From: Candidatus Poribacteria bacterium
Lineage (GTDB): Bacteria; Poribacteria; WGA-4E; PCPOR2b
Assembly (NCBI GenBank): GCA_965116925.1
Contig: OZ220744.1
Location: forward strand, 5,568,001 to 5,632,000
DNA length: 64,000 nt
Reading direction: 5' to 3'
A model generated the notes under the pieces. It searched no databases. It was not told where the DNA came from and saw nothing but the letters and a program-made list of their open reading frames with translations. This document shows positions 20,953-29,692 of the stretch, piece by piece. A program made the position numbers and the translations under genes. Position 1 is the stretch's first letter. The number at the start of each line of letters is the position of its first letter.

Positions 20953-21285
20953 AATCCCAATGCTGTAGCGTTGGGTCAAATCGTATAACTTTAGTTGATT
21001 TTGCGTGTAAATGATGGTATACTTTTGGTACGTTCAAAAGCGGGAGAATGTCACCCTTGCAGCCTTGCAAGGTCGCCCGTCTCTCCAGTGACATGGGGAC
21101 TTTGGACGAGTGGCTAACCAAGCCACATAAGGACGAAAACCAAGTCCAAAATTGTATCACCGTCGCGGCGGGACACGCCGAGACGTAAAAATGCCTGTGG
21201 AGGGGCTGTAAGACCACGCTATTTTGCATGGCAAATCTCATCGAAGCAGGTATACGGTAGGGGTGCCCTTAGCGGGGCACACCCG
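20953..21285 (+). mobile_element. ORF-less IS200/IS605-like element with a promoter and structured omega-RNA-like sequence
   Basis: Hairpin 20956-20975; TTGATT-17-TATACT (20995-21023); pseudoknot 21040-21094; tnpB-3'-like GCCTGTGGAG...GTAAGACC...GAAGCAGG. Confidence 0.55.
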
Positions 21286-21319
21286 TAAGTCCGTTAAAAA
21301 CTCTCGAAGGAGATACAAA

Positions 21320-21958
21320 GTGATTACTAATAAGAATCCCAATGTTTCAACTTTGGGAGCGGTCAACAGTCGGATTGATCAAACGCTCGCGGAACAGCTG
21401 ACAGGTGCAACAGCAGCGGAGAAGGTTGCCACGCTGTTCGATTATATGGAACGTAGAGGACAGTCGTTTTACGATGAATCGGTGACGCAACTGCAGCACG
21501 CGTGTCAATGTGCGAATCAGGCACAGCTGCACGAAGGAAGTAGGACGCAGGTTGCGAGTGCTTTGCTGCATGACATCGGGCATTTCCTGCTAGACGAACA
21601 CAATGCCGAGAGTGACTTTTTGGAGGAAGATCAGAACCATGAGGAGGTTGGCGCAGATTATCTAGAACCGTTCTTCCCGGAGGCGGTTACAACGCCGATC
21701 CGATTGCACGTACCGGCGAAGCGGTATCTGTGCACCACCGACGCATCATACTACGACGGCTTATCCGAGGCGTCGAAAAGGAGTTTCCGAGTTCAGGGCG
21801 GGGTTATGTCGGACGAGGAACGGACAGCGTTTGAGGGCATCCCGCATTATCAAGACGCGCTCCAGCTGCGGCGGTGGGATGACCTTGCCAAGGTGAGGGG
21901 GTTAGAGACACCGACGCTTGATACTTACCGCGAGATTGTGCAAGCCTGCCTAAAATAA
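21320..21958 (+). CDS. phnZ: HD-domain phosphonate oxygenase (PhnZ/TmpB family)
   Basis: TQLQHA, ALLHDIGH, HEEVGA, HVPAKRYL, QGG, RRWDDLAK; GTG start after GAAGGAG. Confidence 0.8.
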   Translation: MITNKNPNVSTLGAVNSRIDQTLAEQLTGATAAEKVATLFDYMERRGQSFYDESVTQLQHACQCANQAQLHEGSRTQVASALLHDIGHFLLDEHNAESDFLEEDQNHEEVGADYLEPFFPEAVTTPIRLHVPAKRYLCTTDASYYDGLSEASKRSFRVQGGVMSDEERTAFEGIPHYQDALQLRRWDDLAKVRGLETPTLDTYREIVQACLK

Positions 21959-22205
21959 CGCAAGTTGCTAGTTATAAAACCCGCTCGGCTCCGACTTCGC
22001 CAATCTGTTCTTAGGACTTCAATTTATCGGCAGTGCTTGGCCCTGGCTATACACATTGCGCTCCTCTGGAGCGCGGGTATCCAACCTATTGCGGTTCTAT
22101 AGACATATCGCTTCTCTGGAGCGAAAGACAAAGGACCTACCAGATGGTCGGGGAGGCTCTGCCCTGACAAAAAACGGTGGACTTTCAACGACTAGCAACT
22201 TAGGT
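21958..22205. mobile_element. Family-E MITE with REP-like cargo and a 7 bp target duplication
   Basis: Ends ACGCAAGTTGCTAGT / ACTAGCAACTTAGGT; TAAAATA at 21951-21957 and 22206-22212. Confidence 0.75.
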
Positions 22206-22244
22206 TAAAATAGTGCAGAAATTTCAAGGGTGTTCATTATCTCC

Positions 22245-22273
22245 TTGACAAATTGAGGATCATCGTCTAAAAT
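22245..22273 (+). promoter_or_regulatory. Sigma70 promoter of the tRNA operon
   Basis: TTGACA-17 bp-TAAAAT, 12 bp before tRNA-Asp. Confidence 0.85.
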
Positions 22274-22285
22274 ATATGCCCTATC

Positions 22286-22364
22286 GGACCCGTAGTGTAG
22301 CCTGGTTTAACACATCTGCCTGTCACGCAGAAGATCGCGAGTTCAAATCTCGTCGGGTCCGCCA
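22286..22364 (+). tRNA. tRNA-Asp(GTC)
   Basis: Cloverleaf GGACCCG/CGGGTCC, anticodon loop CTGTCAC, TTCAAAT, encoded CCA. Confidence 0.97.
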
Positions 22365-22415
22365 ACTATTTATCTGTTTTGTATCAATATCTTTGCGGAA
22401 TTAAGGTTGGATTTT

Positions 22416-22489
22416 GGGCGGGTAGCTCAGTTGGCTAGAGCGACGGCCTTACAAGCCGTAGGTCACAGGTTCAAGTCCTGTTCCGCCTA
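22416..22489 (+). tRNA. tRNA-Val(TAC), CCA not encoded
   Basis: GGGCGGG/TCCGCCT acceptor stem, anticodon loop CTTACAA, TTCAAGT. Confidence 0.95.
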
Positions 22490-22543
22490 TCCCGATTCAT
22501 CGGGACGAAACGTCGAAATCAGAATTAAAAGCGACCCCTTGTC

Positions 22544-22622
22544 GGACCCGTAGTGTAGCCTGGTTTAACACATCTGCCTGTCACGCAGAAGATCGCGAGT
22601 TCAAATCTCGTCGGGTCCGCCA
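22544..22622 (+). tRNA. tRNA-Asp(GTC), identical second copy
   Basis: Exact repeat of 22286-22364. Confidence 0.97.
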
Positions 22623-22628
22623 GTTATT

Positions 22629-22665
22629 AAAGCCACAGGTTGTTCCAAATAGCCTGTGGCTTTTT
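22629..22665 (+). terminator. Rho-independent terminator
   Basis: AAAGCCACAGGTTGTT-loop-AATAGCCTGTGGCTTTTT. Confidence 0.85.
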
Positions 22666-22695
22666 CATATCTATAGATCGAAGGAGGACACTCTT

Positions 22696-23994
22696 GTGTT
22701 AGATCTCAAATTCATCCGCGACAACCCCGATGCAGTGCGAGCGATGCTAACCGCTCGCCGCATGACAGCACCGTTGGAGGAGCTTATTGAAGCAGACCGC
22801 AAATGGCGTGAACTGTTGGGGGAGGCAGAGTCACTCAGAAGTCATCAGAACACCGTCTCAAAAGGGATTGCACAACTCAAGCGAGACAAGCAGGACGCCT
22901 CCGAGCAGATCGCTGAGATGAGAACGGTGTCTCAGAAAATTAAGACGTTGACCGACCAGTCACAGAGCTACAGAAGTGAAGTCGATAAGATTATAGCACT
23001 TATCCCAAATATGCCGGATGCCAGTGCACCGATCGGGAATAGTGAAGCGGATAACGTTGAGATTAAGCATTGGGGAGAGATCCGGAACTTTGATTTTGAG
23101 CCGAAGCCGCATTGGGAACTTGCGGAGGCGTTGGACATCGTTGATTTTCAACGGGGAGCGAAGGTCGCCGGTAGCCACTTTGTGTTATACAAAGGGTTAG
23201 GGGCGAAATTGGAACGTGCACTGATCAACTTCATGCTCGATCTGCATGTCTCTCAACACGGCTACACAGAGGTCTCTCCGCCTTTTGTCGCTAACCGTCC
23301 AACGATGACGGGCACCGGGCAGTTGCCGAAATTTGAGTCGGATATGTATCGGTGCGATCGCGATGAGGAGAATGAGGAGATGGATCTCTTTCTCATACCG
23401 ACCGCAGAGGTGACGGTCACCAATATTTTCGCCGATGAGATTTTGAACGGCGAGGATCTGCCGATCTACTATACCGCATACACCCCCTGTTTCCGACGGG
23501 AAGCGGGTTCTTACGGTCGGGAGACACGCGGATTGCAACGGCTCCACCAGTTTGATAAGGTCGAGATGGTGAAATTCACCTTTCCAGAGACATCTTACGA
23601 TGAACATGAATCGCTGCTGCGTAATGGTGAAGCGGTCTTGCAAGCCCTCGATTTGCCGTATCGTGTCATCTCTCTTTGTACAGCGGACCTCGGATTTAGT
23701 GCGTCTAAATGTTACGATATTGAATTATGGGCACCGGTCGACGAAAAGTTCAATTTGGAAATATCTTCGTGTAGTAATTTTGAGGATTTTCAGGCGCGTC
23801 GTGCGAATATCCGTTTTCGTCGTGAGCCGGGCGCGAAACCTGAGTTGGTGCATACCCTCAACGCCTCTGGGACAGCGTTGCCGCGATTGGTTATCGCTAT
23901 CCTTGAAACGTATCAGCAGGCGGATGGGAGTATTCGGGTTCCGGAGGCTATTGTGCCTTATATGGGCGGGGTTGAGACAATTGAATTGACGTGA
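22696..23994 (+). CDS. serS: Serine--tRNA ligase
   Basis: MLDLKFIR, LIPTAE, FRREAG, HQFDKVE, EISSCSN, HTLNAS. Confidence 0.98.
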   Translation: MLDLKFIRDNPDAVRAMLTARRMTAPLEELIEADRKWRELLGEAESLRSHQNTVSKGIAQLKRDKQDASEQIAEMRTVSQKIKTLTDQSQSYRSEVDKIIALIPNMPDASAPIGNSEADNVEIKHWGEIRNFDFEPKPHWELAEALDIVDFQRGAKVAGSHFVLYKGLGAKLERALINFMLDLHVSQHGYTEVSPPFVANRPTMTGTGQLPKFESDMYRCDRDEENEEMDLFLIPTAEVTVTNIFADEILNGEDLPIYYTAYTPCFRREAGSYGRETRGLQRLHQFDKVEMVKFTFPETSYDEHESLLRNGEAVLQALDLPYRVISLCTADLGFSASKCYDIELWAPVDEKFNLEISSCSNFEDFQARRANIRFRREPGAKPELVHTLNASGTALPRLVIAILETYQQADGSIRVPEAIVPYMGGVETIELT

Positions 23995-24147
23995 TAGGTG
24001 GAAAATTTCCTAGAGCTTGGGGGTGTTCACAATCATTGTCTGAATCGCGGATTAAACTGATGACGCGGATTGCGCGGATTATTGTCCCGATGCTCCCCAA
24101 TAGATCGGGGACTCCGTTCCGAGAGCAGGCAGGTCGATCGGGCTTCA

Positions 24148-24238
24148 AAGCAAATTGATTTGATAAAACAGTGCCTCAAAATCGCGCAACAACTGGAGGC
24201 AAAACAACGAGTGAAGATGTTAAAGTTGAGCAGAGCTC
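24148..24238 (+). pseudogene. Remnant of a RelE/HigB-like toxin C-terminus plus HTH antitoxin N-terminus
   Basis: KQIDLIKQCLKIAQQLEAKQ followed by (ACG)SEDVKVEQS; 52 bp match to 25996-26047 with 4 mismatches. Confidence 0.6.
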
Positions 24239-24291
24239 AATTAACTTGGGATCCGAAAGACACCGAATGTTGAAGAAGGGAATAGATTACG

Positions 24292-24528
24292 ATGATTCAA
24301 ATTGCTGAACCAGTTACCCTAGAAAAACTGTTACCACTTGTCGAAAAACTGTCGAAAGTGGAACGTGAACAACTGCGTAAATCCCTTGAAACGGACCCGA
24401 CCACGTGGCGAAAAGAGTGGGAGAATATCGTCGCACAGTTTCACGATGCTTTTGCTGATACACCAGAGGAAGAAGTGACGCGAGATATTGAGGAAGCACT
24501 GGCAGAGGTAAGGCATGGACGAATCTGA
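24292..24528 (+). CDS. Small hypothetical protein, probable antitoxin partner of the PIN gene
   Basis: 78 aa acidic ORF overlapping the PIN gene start. Confidence 0.65.
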   Translation: MIQIAEPVTLEKLLPLVEKLSKVEREQLRKSLETDPTTWRKEWENIVAQFHDAFADTPEEEVTRDIEEALAEVRHGRI

Positions 24529-24988
24529 AAGCCGGTGGCGCGTTTATCGAGTAACGTTCGACACCAATATCTTCCTCCGCGCATTGATTCGGAAGGGAAA
24601 CCTCGCTGATAATCTACTCTCACTCTGGCTTGATGGACGGATTGTCCTTGTGCTATCGCAGACGATTATTGATGAAATTCAGGCAGTCCTGTTACGTCCT
24701 AGGCTTATCCGAAAGTATTCATACACATCACAGGCTGTTACCGAGTTGATCAATCTGTTGGTGCAACGGACAATTATCGCTGAGGTGCCTTTCTCGCTTG
24801 ATCTATGTAGAGATCCAAATGATAATCCGTTTGTCGATTGTGCGGTACTGGGGCGCGTGCAATTCTTGGTATCATACGATAATGACCTTTTAGATGACCT
24901 TACCCTCCGACAAACTCTATTTGAATTTGGGGTTGAGATTGTTGATCCCCAGGCTTTTATGGAGAGAATACAGGAGGAGGTAAGGTGA
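24515..24988 (+). CDS. PIN-domain putative toxin
   Basis: FDTNIF, CRDPNDNPFVDCA, LVSYDNDLL. Confidence 0.88.
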   Translation: MDESESRWRVYRVTFDTNIFLRALIRKGNLADNLLSLWLDGRIVLVLSQTIIDEIQAVLLRPRLIRKYSYTSQAVTELINLLVQRTIIAEVPFSLDLCRDPNDNPFVDCAVLGRVQFLVSYDNDLLDDLTLRQTLFEFGVEIVDPQAFMERIQEEVR

Positions 24989-25299
24989 AGCGAACAAACA
25001 TGAGAGAGCAGAATACCTCTGTCAAATACACCCGTTCTGAAATAGACACCCTTCCTGATGAAACTGATTGGGAGCGCGTGGATGCGCTGACAGATGAAGA
25101 CATCAACGCGGCAGCCGCCTCCGATCCGGACGCTCCGCCAACGGAGGCATCTTTCTGGAAGGATGCAACAGTGGTTATGCCAGAAAACATAGTCATCGTT
25201 GATACAGATCTGTTAGCATGGTTCAAAGCCCATACCCCAGATTACGAAACACGAATCAATGCGGTGCTTCGATCGCATGTCGAGGCGAATGACAGTTAG
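24985..25299 (+). CDS. BrnA-like antitoxin (no BrnT seen)
   Basis: TDWERVDALTDEDI...DPD...WFK...YETRINAVLR. Confidence 0.8.
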   Translation: MKRTNMREQNTSVKYTRSEIDTLPDETDWERVDALTDEDINAAAASDPDAPPTEASFWKDATVVMPENIVIVDTDLLAWFKAHTPDYETRINAVLRSHVEANDS

Positions 25300-25340
25300 G
25301 GCACACGTCCAAACACCAACCTCGTGGCGAAACTTCTCGA
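25298..25340 (+). repeat. Junction repeat R, copy 1
   Basis: GGCACAC...CTCGTGGCGAAACTTC shared with R2-R4. Confidence 0.7.
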
Positions 25341-25393
25341 AGATGCACAACGGGAACGCGAAGTAGAAGGCTAAGAGAAGAAAGGTTGATAGA

Positions 25394-25576
25394 ATGAAAA
25401 CACTTTATGAGTCCGACGGTGGTGGTGGTTTTGATGGTGGATTAGGCTACCCACCCAACCCTTCCGATTTTGAGCAGCCTAGCTGCAGGGGGTGTTTGTG
25501 GAACGCGATTAAATTGGTAATAATTTTCATAATACTGTTTTTCGTTCTGTTTTTCATTCTTCCCAAGTTTTTTTGA
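25394..25576 (+). CDS. Small single-TM hypothetical protein
   Basis: AAAGG RBS, 60 aa, hydrophobic C-terminus. Confidence 0.6.
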   Translation: MKTLYESDGGGGFDGGLGYPPNPSDFEQPSCRGCLWNAIKLVIIFIILFFVLFFILPKFF

Positions 25577-25581
25577 TGAAA

Positions 25582-25609
25582 ATATCCTATAAAATCGGTT
25601 ATCGGACAT
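25582..25609. repeat. dif-like 11-6-11 palindromic site 1
   Basis: ATATCCTATAA-AATCGG-TTATCGGACAT. Confidence 0.8.
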
Positions 25610-25633
25610 CCTTCCAGAAAGGAGGAGATATAA

Positions 25634-25930
25634 ATGGATTTTTCAGCATGGTCGCCATCACATCTGATTGTGGCAGCACTGGCACTGGCAACGATAATAG
25701 GACAAGCCATCGCCGTGTTAGCACGACTGAAAGCGAACACGGAACAGCTGCAAAAGCAAGGCGAGACATTCGTTCAGGCGATGGAACGGCTAGAAGATCG
25801 GATCGACAAGCGATTCGAGGGAGTGAATCAACAACTTACGGATATGCAAGCAGAGATTCGTGACGTTAGAGGTGAAATGCGACAACTCAACCAGAACCAC
25901 ATCGACCACCTGAACCGGCATCACGATTGA
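25634..25930 (+). CDS. TM-anchored coiled-coil hypothetical protein
   Basis: AAAGGAGGAG RBS; hydrophobic N-terminus, heptad-rich RLEDRIDKRFE. Confidence 0.75.
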   Translation: MDFSAWSPSHLIVAALALATIIGQAIAVLARLKANTEQLQKQGETFVQAMERLEDRIDKRFEGVNQQLTDMQAEIRDVRGEMRQLNQNHIDHLNRHHD

Positions 25931-25937
25931 AGTGATA

Positions 25938-25991
25938 AAAGCCCCAAGGCAGGCACACCTCCCCACGCCTCCCTTGTGACGAAACTTCAGA
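25938..25991 (+). repeat. Junction repeat R, copy 2
   Basis: AAAGCCCCAAGGCAGGCACAC...CTTGTGACGAAACTTCAGA. Confidence 0.8.
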
Positions 25992-26015
25992 CACTCAACA
26001 ACTGGAGGCAAAACA

Positions 26016-26344
26016 ATGAGTGAAGATGTTAAAGTCAAGTAGAGCTCCGGGGATGTGTTTAAGATGTAGGATTTTCTGATGCCGAAGCCGATCGAGCCTT
26101 GTTAAAGACAGATTTAGCTCTTGAGATCTGTAACATCATTGAAGCACAAAAACTCACACAAGCAAAAGCGAGAAAAATCCTCGGTGTTGACCCGTCTGAT
26201 ATTTCAAGACTGAAGCAAGGTGATTTTAACCGCTTTAGTGTGGAGCGATTGTTTACACTTCTCAATCGTTTTAACAGTAACATTGAGATTCGGATTACAT
26301 CGGCGGAAGATAGAGAGGGACATCAGCAGGTCGTTGCGGTTTAG
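26016..26344 (+). pseudogene. XRE/HigA-like HTH antitoxin pseudogene
   Basis: ATG at 26016, in-frame TAG at 26040, 1 bp loss near 26062; rebuilt MSEDVKVKxSSGDVFKDVGFSDAEA...LTQAKARKILGVDPSDISRL...FSVERL. Confidence 0.8.
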
Positions 26345-26378
26345 GGCTGTTTAACACCTGTATGATTTTCTGGGTTGA

Positions 26379-26870
26379 GTGATGATCTATTTTATTCAAG
26401 CGGGCAATGATGGTCCCATCAAAATTGGCAAGGCGCAAAGTCCTGAAGCCCGTCGTAGAGAGCTGCAAACAGGCAATCACGAAAAATTAAACTTAATTAA
26501 AGAGATTCCCGGTGATGTGGAGAGGGAGAATAGCATTCATAATGATTTACGAAGCCATCGGTATCGTGGTGAATGGTTTAGCCCAACGCCAGAAGTTTTA
26601 GATTACATAGATGAAATAGCACGAGTGGACTATCAAGACATCAACGGTGTTGCAATAGCAGTGATTTGGCGCAACGATAGCGAACTATTTATTACAGACT
26701 ATTGTCCATTTTGTGGTGAACGTCATTATTACGAAGGTGAGGATGGCAGGACAGAAGTTGGGTGCTTTGATGAATCACCATGCTTGTTTCCAATGGACGA
26801 CCGAACTGTTGCGGATGGCACGGTTCTTAAACAGTCTGATGGTTATATTGTTCGGACGCGAAAGAAATAG
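26379..26870 (+). CDS. GIY-YIG-superfamily protein (T5orf172/MUG113-like) with a CPFC motif
   Basis: IYFIQ...IKIG...RRRELQTGN...E..IH...GEWF. Confidence 0.85.
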   Translation: MMIYFIQAGNDGPIKIGKAQSPEARRRELQTGNHEKLNLIKEIPGDVERENSIHNDLRSHRYRGEWFSPTPEVLDYIDEIARVDYQDINGVAIAVIWRNDSELFITDYCPFCGERHYYEGEDGRTEVGCFDESPCLFPMDDRTVADGTVLKQSDGYIVRTRKK

Positions 26871-26951
26871 CAAAGAGCAATCTCCCCCCACATAGGCTCA
26901 TAATAATCTGGTCTCACATCATCGGATATTAATTGAATCATTGGAGGACTT

Positions 26952-27509
26952 ATGTTTGCTAGATTACTGGTATGTGTCGGGCTTGTTACGCTCTTTGGGT
27001 GTAGTAACACGAAGTATCAGTATGTGGTTCTGCGTGATGTCCCGCAGTCTCCCACTTTCGTTGTTATTCCTCCCAATCGCTATATGTATGAGATTGAGTT
27101 TGCCAATACGGTAGAGGAAATCATCATGAGTCTTGGGGTAAAAGTGGTTGATAGACCTGCAACGAAGGAGGTAACAGAGACAACAGAGAAAGGAATTGCA
27201 GGAGCGAAAGCGGAAGATAGTAAATTGATGGCAGGGGAGAGAAGTCATCAACGAGTTGAGAGCTATTTCGCGTATGAAGATCTCAAAGCCGATTATATTG
27301 TGCGTTCCTATAGTAATTCCAAACAGGTTCGGATAATCAAAAGACAGAGTGAGGAGATTTTAGCTTCCATAAATCTGAGTCATTACTCTACTCCCGTTGA
27401 TGATATAGGGAAAAGAGATTCTTATAGATACATAATCTTTGCTTTCTTGGATAACATGGGGATTCCTGTTATACAACCACCTAACCCAATGCGGGTGAAA
27501 CCTTTTTAA
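26952..27509 (+). CDS. Putative lipoprotein
   Basis: GGAGG RBS; lipobox LFGC. Confidence 0.75.
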   Translation: MFARLLVCVGLVTLFGCSNTKYQYVVLRDVPQSPTFVVIPPNRYMYEIEFANTVEEIIMSLGVKVVDRPATKEVTETTEKGIAGAKAEDSKLMAGERSHQRVESYFAYEDLKADYIVRSYSNSKQVRIIKRQSEEILASINLSHYSTPVDDIGKRDSYRYIIFAFLDNMGIPVIQPPNPMRVKPF

Positions 27510-27581
27510 CATAATAGAACGTCCAAGGGGGTATATCCCCATGCCTCTCTTGTGGAGAAACTTCAAGAAATTGGGATTTGA
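27510..27581 (+). repeat. Junction repeat R, copy 3
   Basis: CCAAGG...ATCCCCAT...CTTGTGGAGAAACTTCAAGAAATTGGGATTTGA. Confidence 0.8.
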
Positions 27582-27594
27582 TGAGGCTGAAAAT

Positions 27595-28347
27595 ATGATA
27601 AATCTAAAAGATAGCTGTGTCATTGATAGGTTCGTAGCACATCTGAGGAAAAATGGTTATCCGAATCTCCAGGTTGATCGACGTCCGGACGAAGAAAATC
27701 GAGTTTCTCCAGATATAGATGCAATTGCCGGTCCCTTTGCGATTGAGCATACAAGAATTGACACCCTCCCAGATCAATCTCGTAATAATGATTGGTTCGA
27801 TAAAGTAACCGGTGGTCTTGGGAAAGAACTCTCTAGCCGACTTCCGTTTCGTCTGAGTATTATACTTGAGTATAATGCTATTACTACAAATCAAGATTGG
27901 AAGGCAATTAAAAAAGCACTGAGGAAATGGATTATCAACGAATCTCCCAAACTGGTGAACGGGCACCATGTTTTTGGCAACATTCCTGATATACCTTTCA
28001 AGCTAACTGTGTTCAAAGATATTGATATGCCTCCGAAACTTGTTTTCTCTCGTTTTGACCCGAATGATAACACGCTTTCCAACCGGCTCAAGGTGTTGTG
28101 TGATAGAAAGGCAAAGAAACTCGCAAAATATCAGGGAACTAGAACAACGACGGTGCTTCTTATTGAAAACAATGATATTGCTCTTATGCACCCAATTATA
28201 ATGCGGCAGGCGATACAAAAAGCCTACCCGAATGGACTCCCTCCGGGAGTTGATAAGATCTGGTATGCGGATACAGCTGAAGTGAGAGAGATGCCCGTAA
28301 AAGCCAGTGATATTACTTTCGAGGATTTCACCCCATATCTCTGCTGA
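27595..28347 (+). CDS. Hypothetical protein, possible PD-(D/E)xK nuclease fold
   Basis: PDIDA...AIEHT spacing; start after GAGG (track start lies inside repeat R3). Confidence 0.6.
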   Translation: MINLKDSCVIDRFVAHLRKNGYPNLQVDRRPDEENRVSPDIDAIAGPFAIEHTRIDTLPDQSRNNDWFDKVTGGLGKELSSRLPFRLSIILEYNAITTNQDWKAIKKALRKWIINESPKLVNGHHVFGNIPDIPFKLTVFKDIDMPPKLVFSRFDPNDNTLSNRLKVLCDRKAKKLAKYQGTRTTTVLLIENNDIALMHPIIMRQAIQKAYPNGLPPGVDKIWYADTAEVREMPVKASDITFEDFTPYLC

Positions 28348-28383
28348 TTTCCTCCAGTATTTGATAATAACAACGGCTTTGCC

Positions 28384-28452
28384 GAAAGCCCCAAGGCAGG
28401 CACACATCCCCATACTTACCTTGTGGCGAAACTTCAGAAAATGGGGATTTAA
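28384..28452 (+). repeat. Junction repeat R, copy 4
   Basis: GAAAGCCCCAAGGCAGGCACACATCCCCAT...CTTGTGGCGAAACTTCAGAAAATGGGGATTTAA. Confidence 0.8.
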
Positions 28453-28473
28453 TCTTAAAGGAGATGGTCAAAT

Positions 28474-28779
28474 ATGGATGTCTTTCATCCGAAGATGCTA
28501 ACGCGGATTGCTTTAATTTATCTGGAGGAAGCGGTCTTAGATGTTTTGTTTAAGGCGAGGCAAGACCATGAGGGTCTTCAGCCTGCGGAGATAGGTACAT
28601 TGATAGGTATTCCTTCATCTTCCCGACGTCTGACGGGCATTGCGTCTCCAATTGTTCGCGGCATTCTGGATAGGCTTGAAGTTGGAGGGTTTGTCCAGCA
28701 AAAAGAGTCGTATGGATCGTGGGAGCTTACAGTTAAGGGAATTGAAAACCAACTCGGTAAGTATCACGCAAATATCTGA
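28474..28779 (+). CDS. Small winged-HTH-like hypothetical protein
   Basis: AAAGGAG RBS; LQPAEIGTLIGI...ILDRLEVGGFV...WELT. Confidence 0.6.
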   Translation: MDVFHPKMLTRIALIYLEEAVLDVLFKARQDHEGLQPAEIGTLIGIPSSSRRLTGIASPIVRGILDRLEVGGFVQQKESYGSWELTVKGIENQLGKYHANI

Positions 28780-28799
28780 TAACCAGCCTTATCGGATAT
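28772..28799. repeat. dif-like 11-6-11 palindromic site 2
   Basis: ATATCTGATAA-CCAGCC-TTATCGGATAT; contains the upstream gene's TGA. Confidence 0.8.
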
Positions 28800-28855
28800 T
28801 CGGGGTGTCAATCTCCATCTAAAAATAGCACTATCACAAATAGGAGATGAAGCAA

Positions 28856-29692
28856 ATGGCAATAAAGGTAGCACTAATCAATATGAAAGGTGGGGTTGGA
28901 AAAACAACGCTTGCCGTGAATCTCGCACAGTATTTTGCTGATGCCATCGACGGAGTGGCAATAGAAGTCCTGCTAGTTGACCTTGACCCCCAGTTTAACG
29001 CAAGCCAATATATACTCGGCAAGTATAAGTATATGATGCTTAACCAAGCAAATGCACCGACAGTTCAAAACATATTTGAGGACAGTGTAACTTCATTAGA
29101 TCATAATTCAGTTATCCACAACGTTTATGAGGGCTACCATGATGAAGGATGGTATGGAAGACTGGATTTGATTCCTTCACGTTTGGAATTAGCTGATACC
29201 CTGCGCCAGCCAGCGCAGAAGGAGCATCTATTCCCGGAGTTTATATCCAAAGTAGAAAATAAATACCAGCTGATATTCTTTGATTGTCCACCAACGGAGT
29301 CATTGTTCACGACCGCGGCATATTTAGCGAGCGATTATCTGCTAGTGCCAGTCAAACCAGAATTTCTGTCTACGATTGGGCTTCCATTACTGCACCGGTC
29401 AATGGAAGATTTCCGCAAAAAATACCCGGACAGGGATCTTCAACTTGCAGGAATAGTGTTTAATGAATCTGACAACTATATTCCAGAAGCCGAGAAATCA
29501 AAAGACGAGGTGTGTGAAGTGGCAAATCGGCGAGGCTGGTACGTTTTTAAGGAGAAAATAAGTTACTCACGTTCATACGCCAAAGGACCGCGTGAGGCGG
29601 AGCCCATCTTCCGCACTTCCTACGCAAGATGGGACCGGAAAGAACAATTCCGTGACTTCGTTCATGAATTTCAATATAGAATCGGACTATGA
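28856..29692 (+). CDS. ParA/Soj-family ATPase
   Basis: NMKGGVGKTT, VDLDPQFN, FDCPP; alternative start 28847. Confidence 0.9.
   Translation: MAIKVALINMKGGVGKTTLAVNLAQYFADAIDGVAIEVLLVDLDPQFNASQYILGKYKYMMLNQANAPTVQNIFEDSVTSLDHNSVIHNVYEGYHDEGWYGRLDLIPSRLELADTLRQPAQKEHLFPEFISKVENKYQLIFFDCPPTESLFTTAAYLASDYLLVPVKPEFLSTIGLPLLHRSMEDFRKKYPDRDLQLAGIVFNESDNYIPEAEKSKDEVCEVANRRGWYVFKEKISYSRSYAKGPREAEPIFRTSYARWDRKEQFRDFVHEFQYRIGL

Noticed and set aside
21095..21150. Hammerhead or HDV-like ribozyme
   Set aside because: The CUGANGA core is absent and the pseudoknot lacks the P4 and J4/2 arrangement of HDV ribozymes
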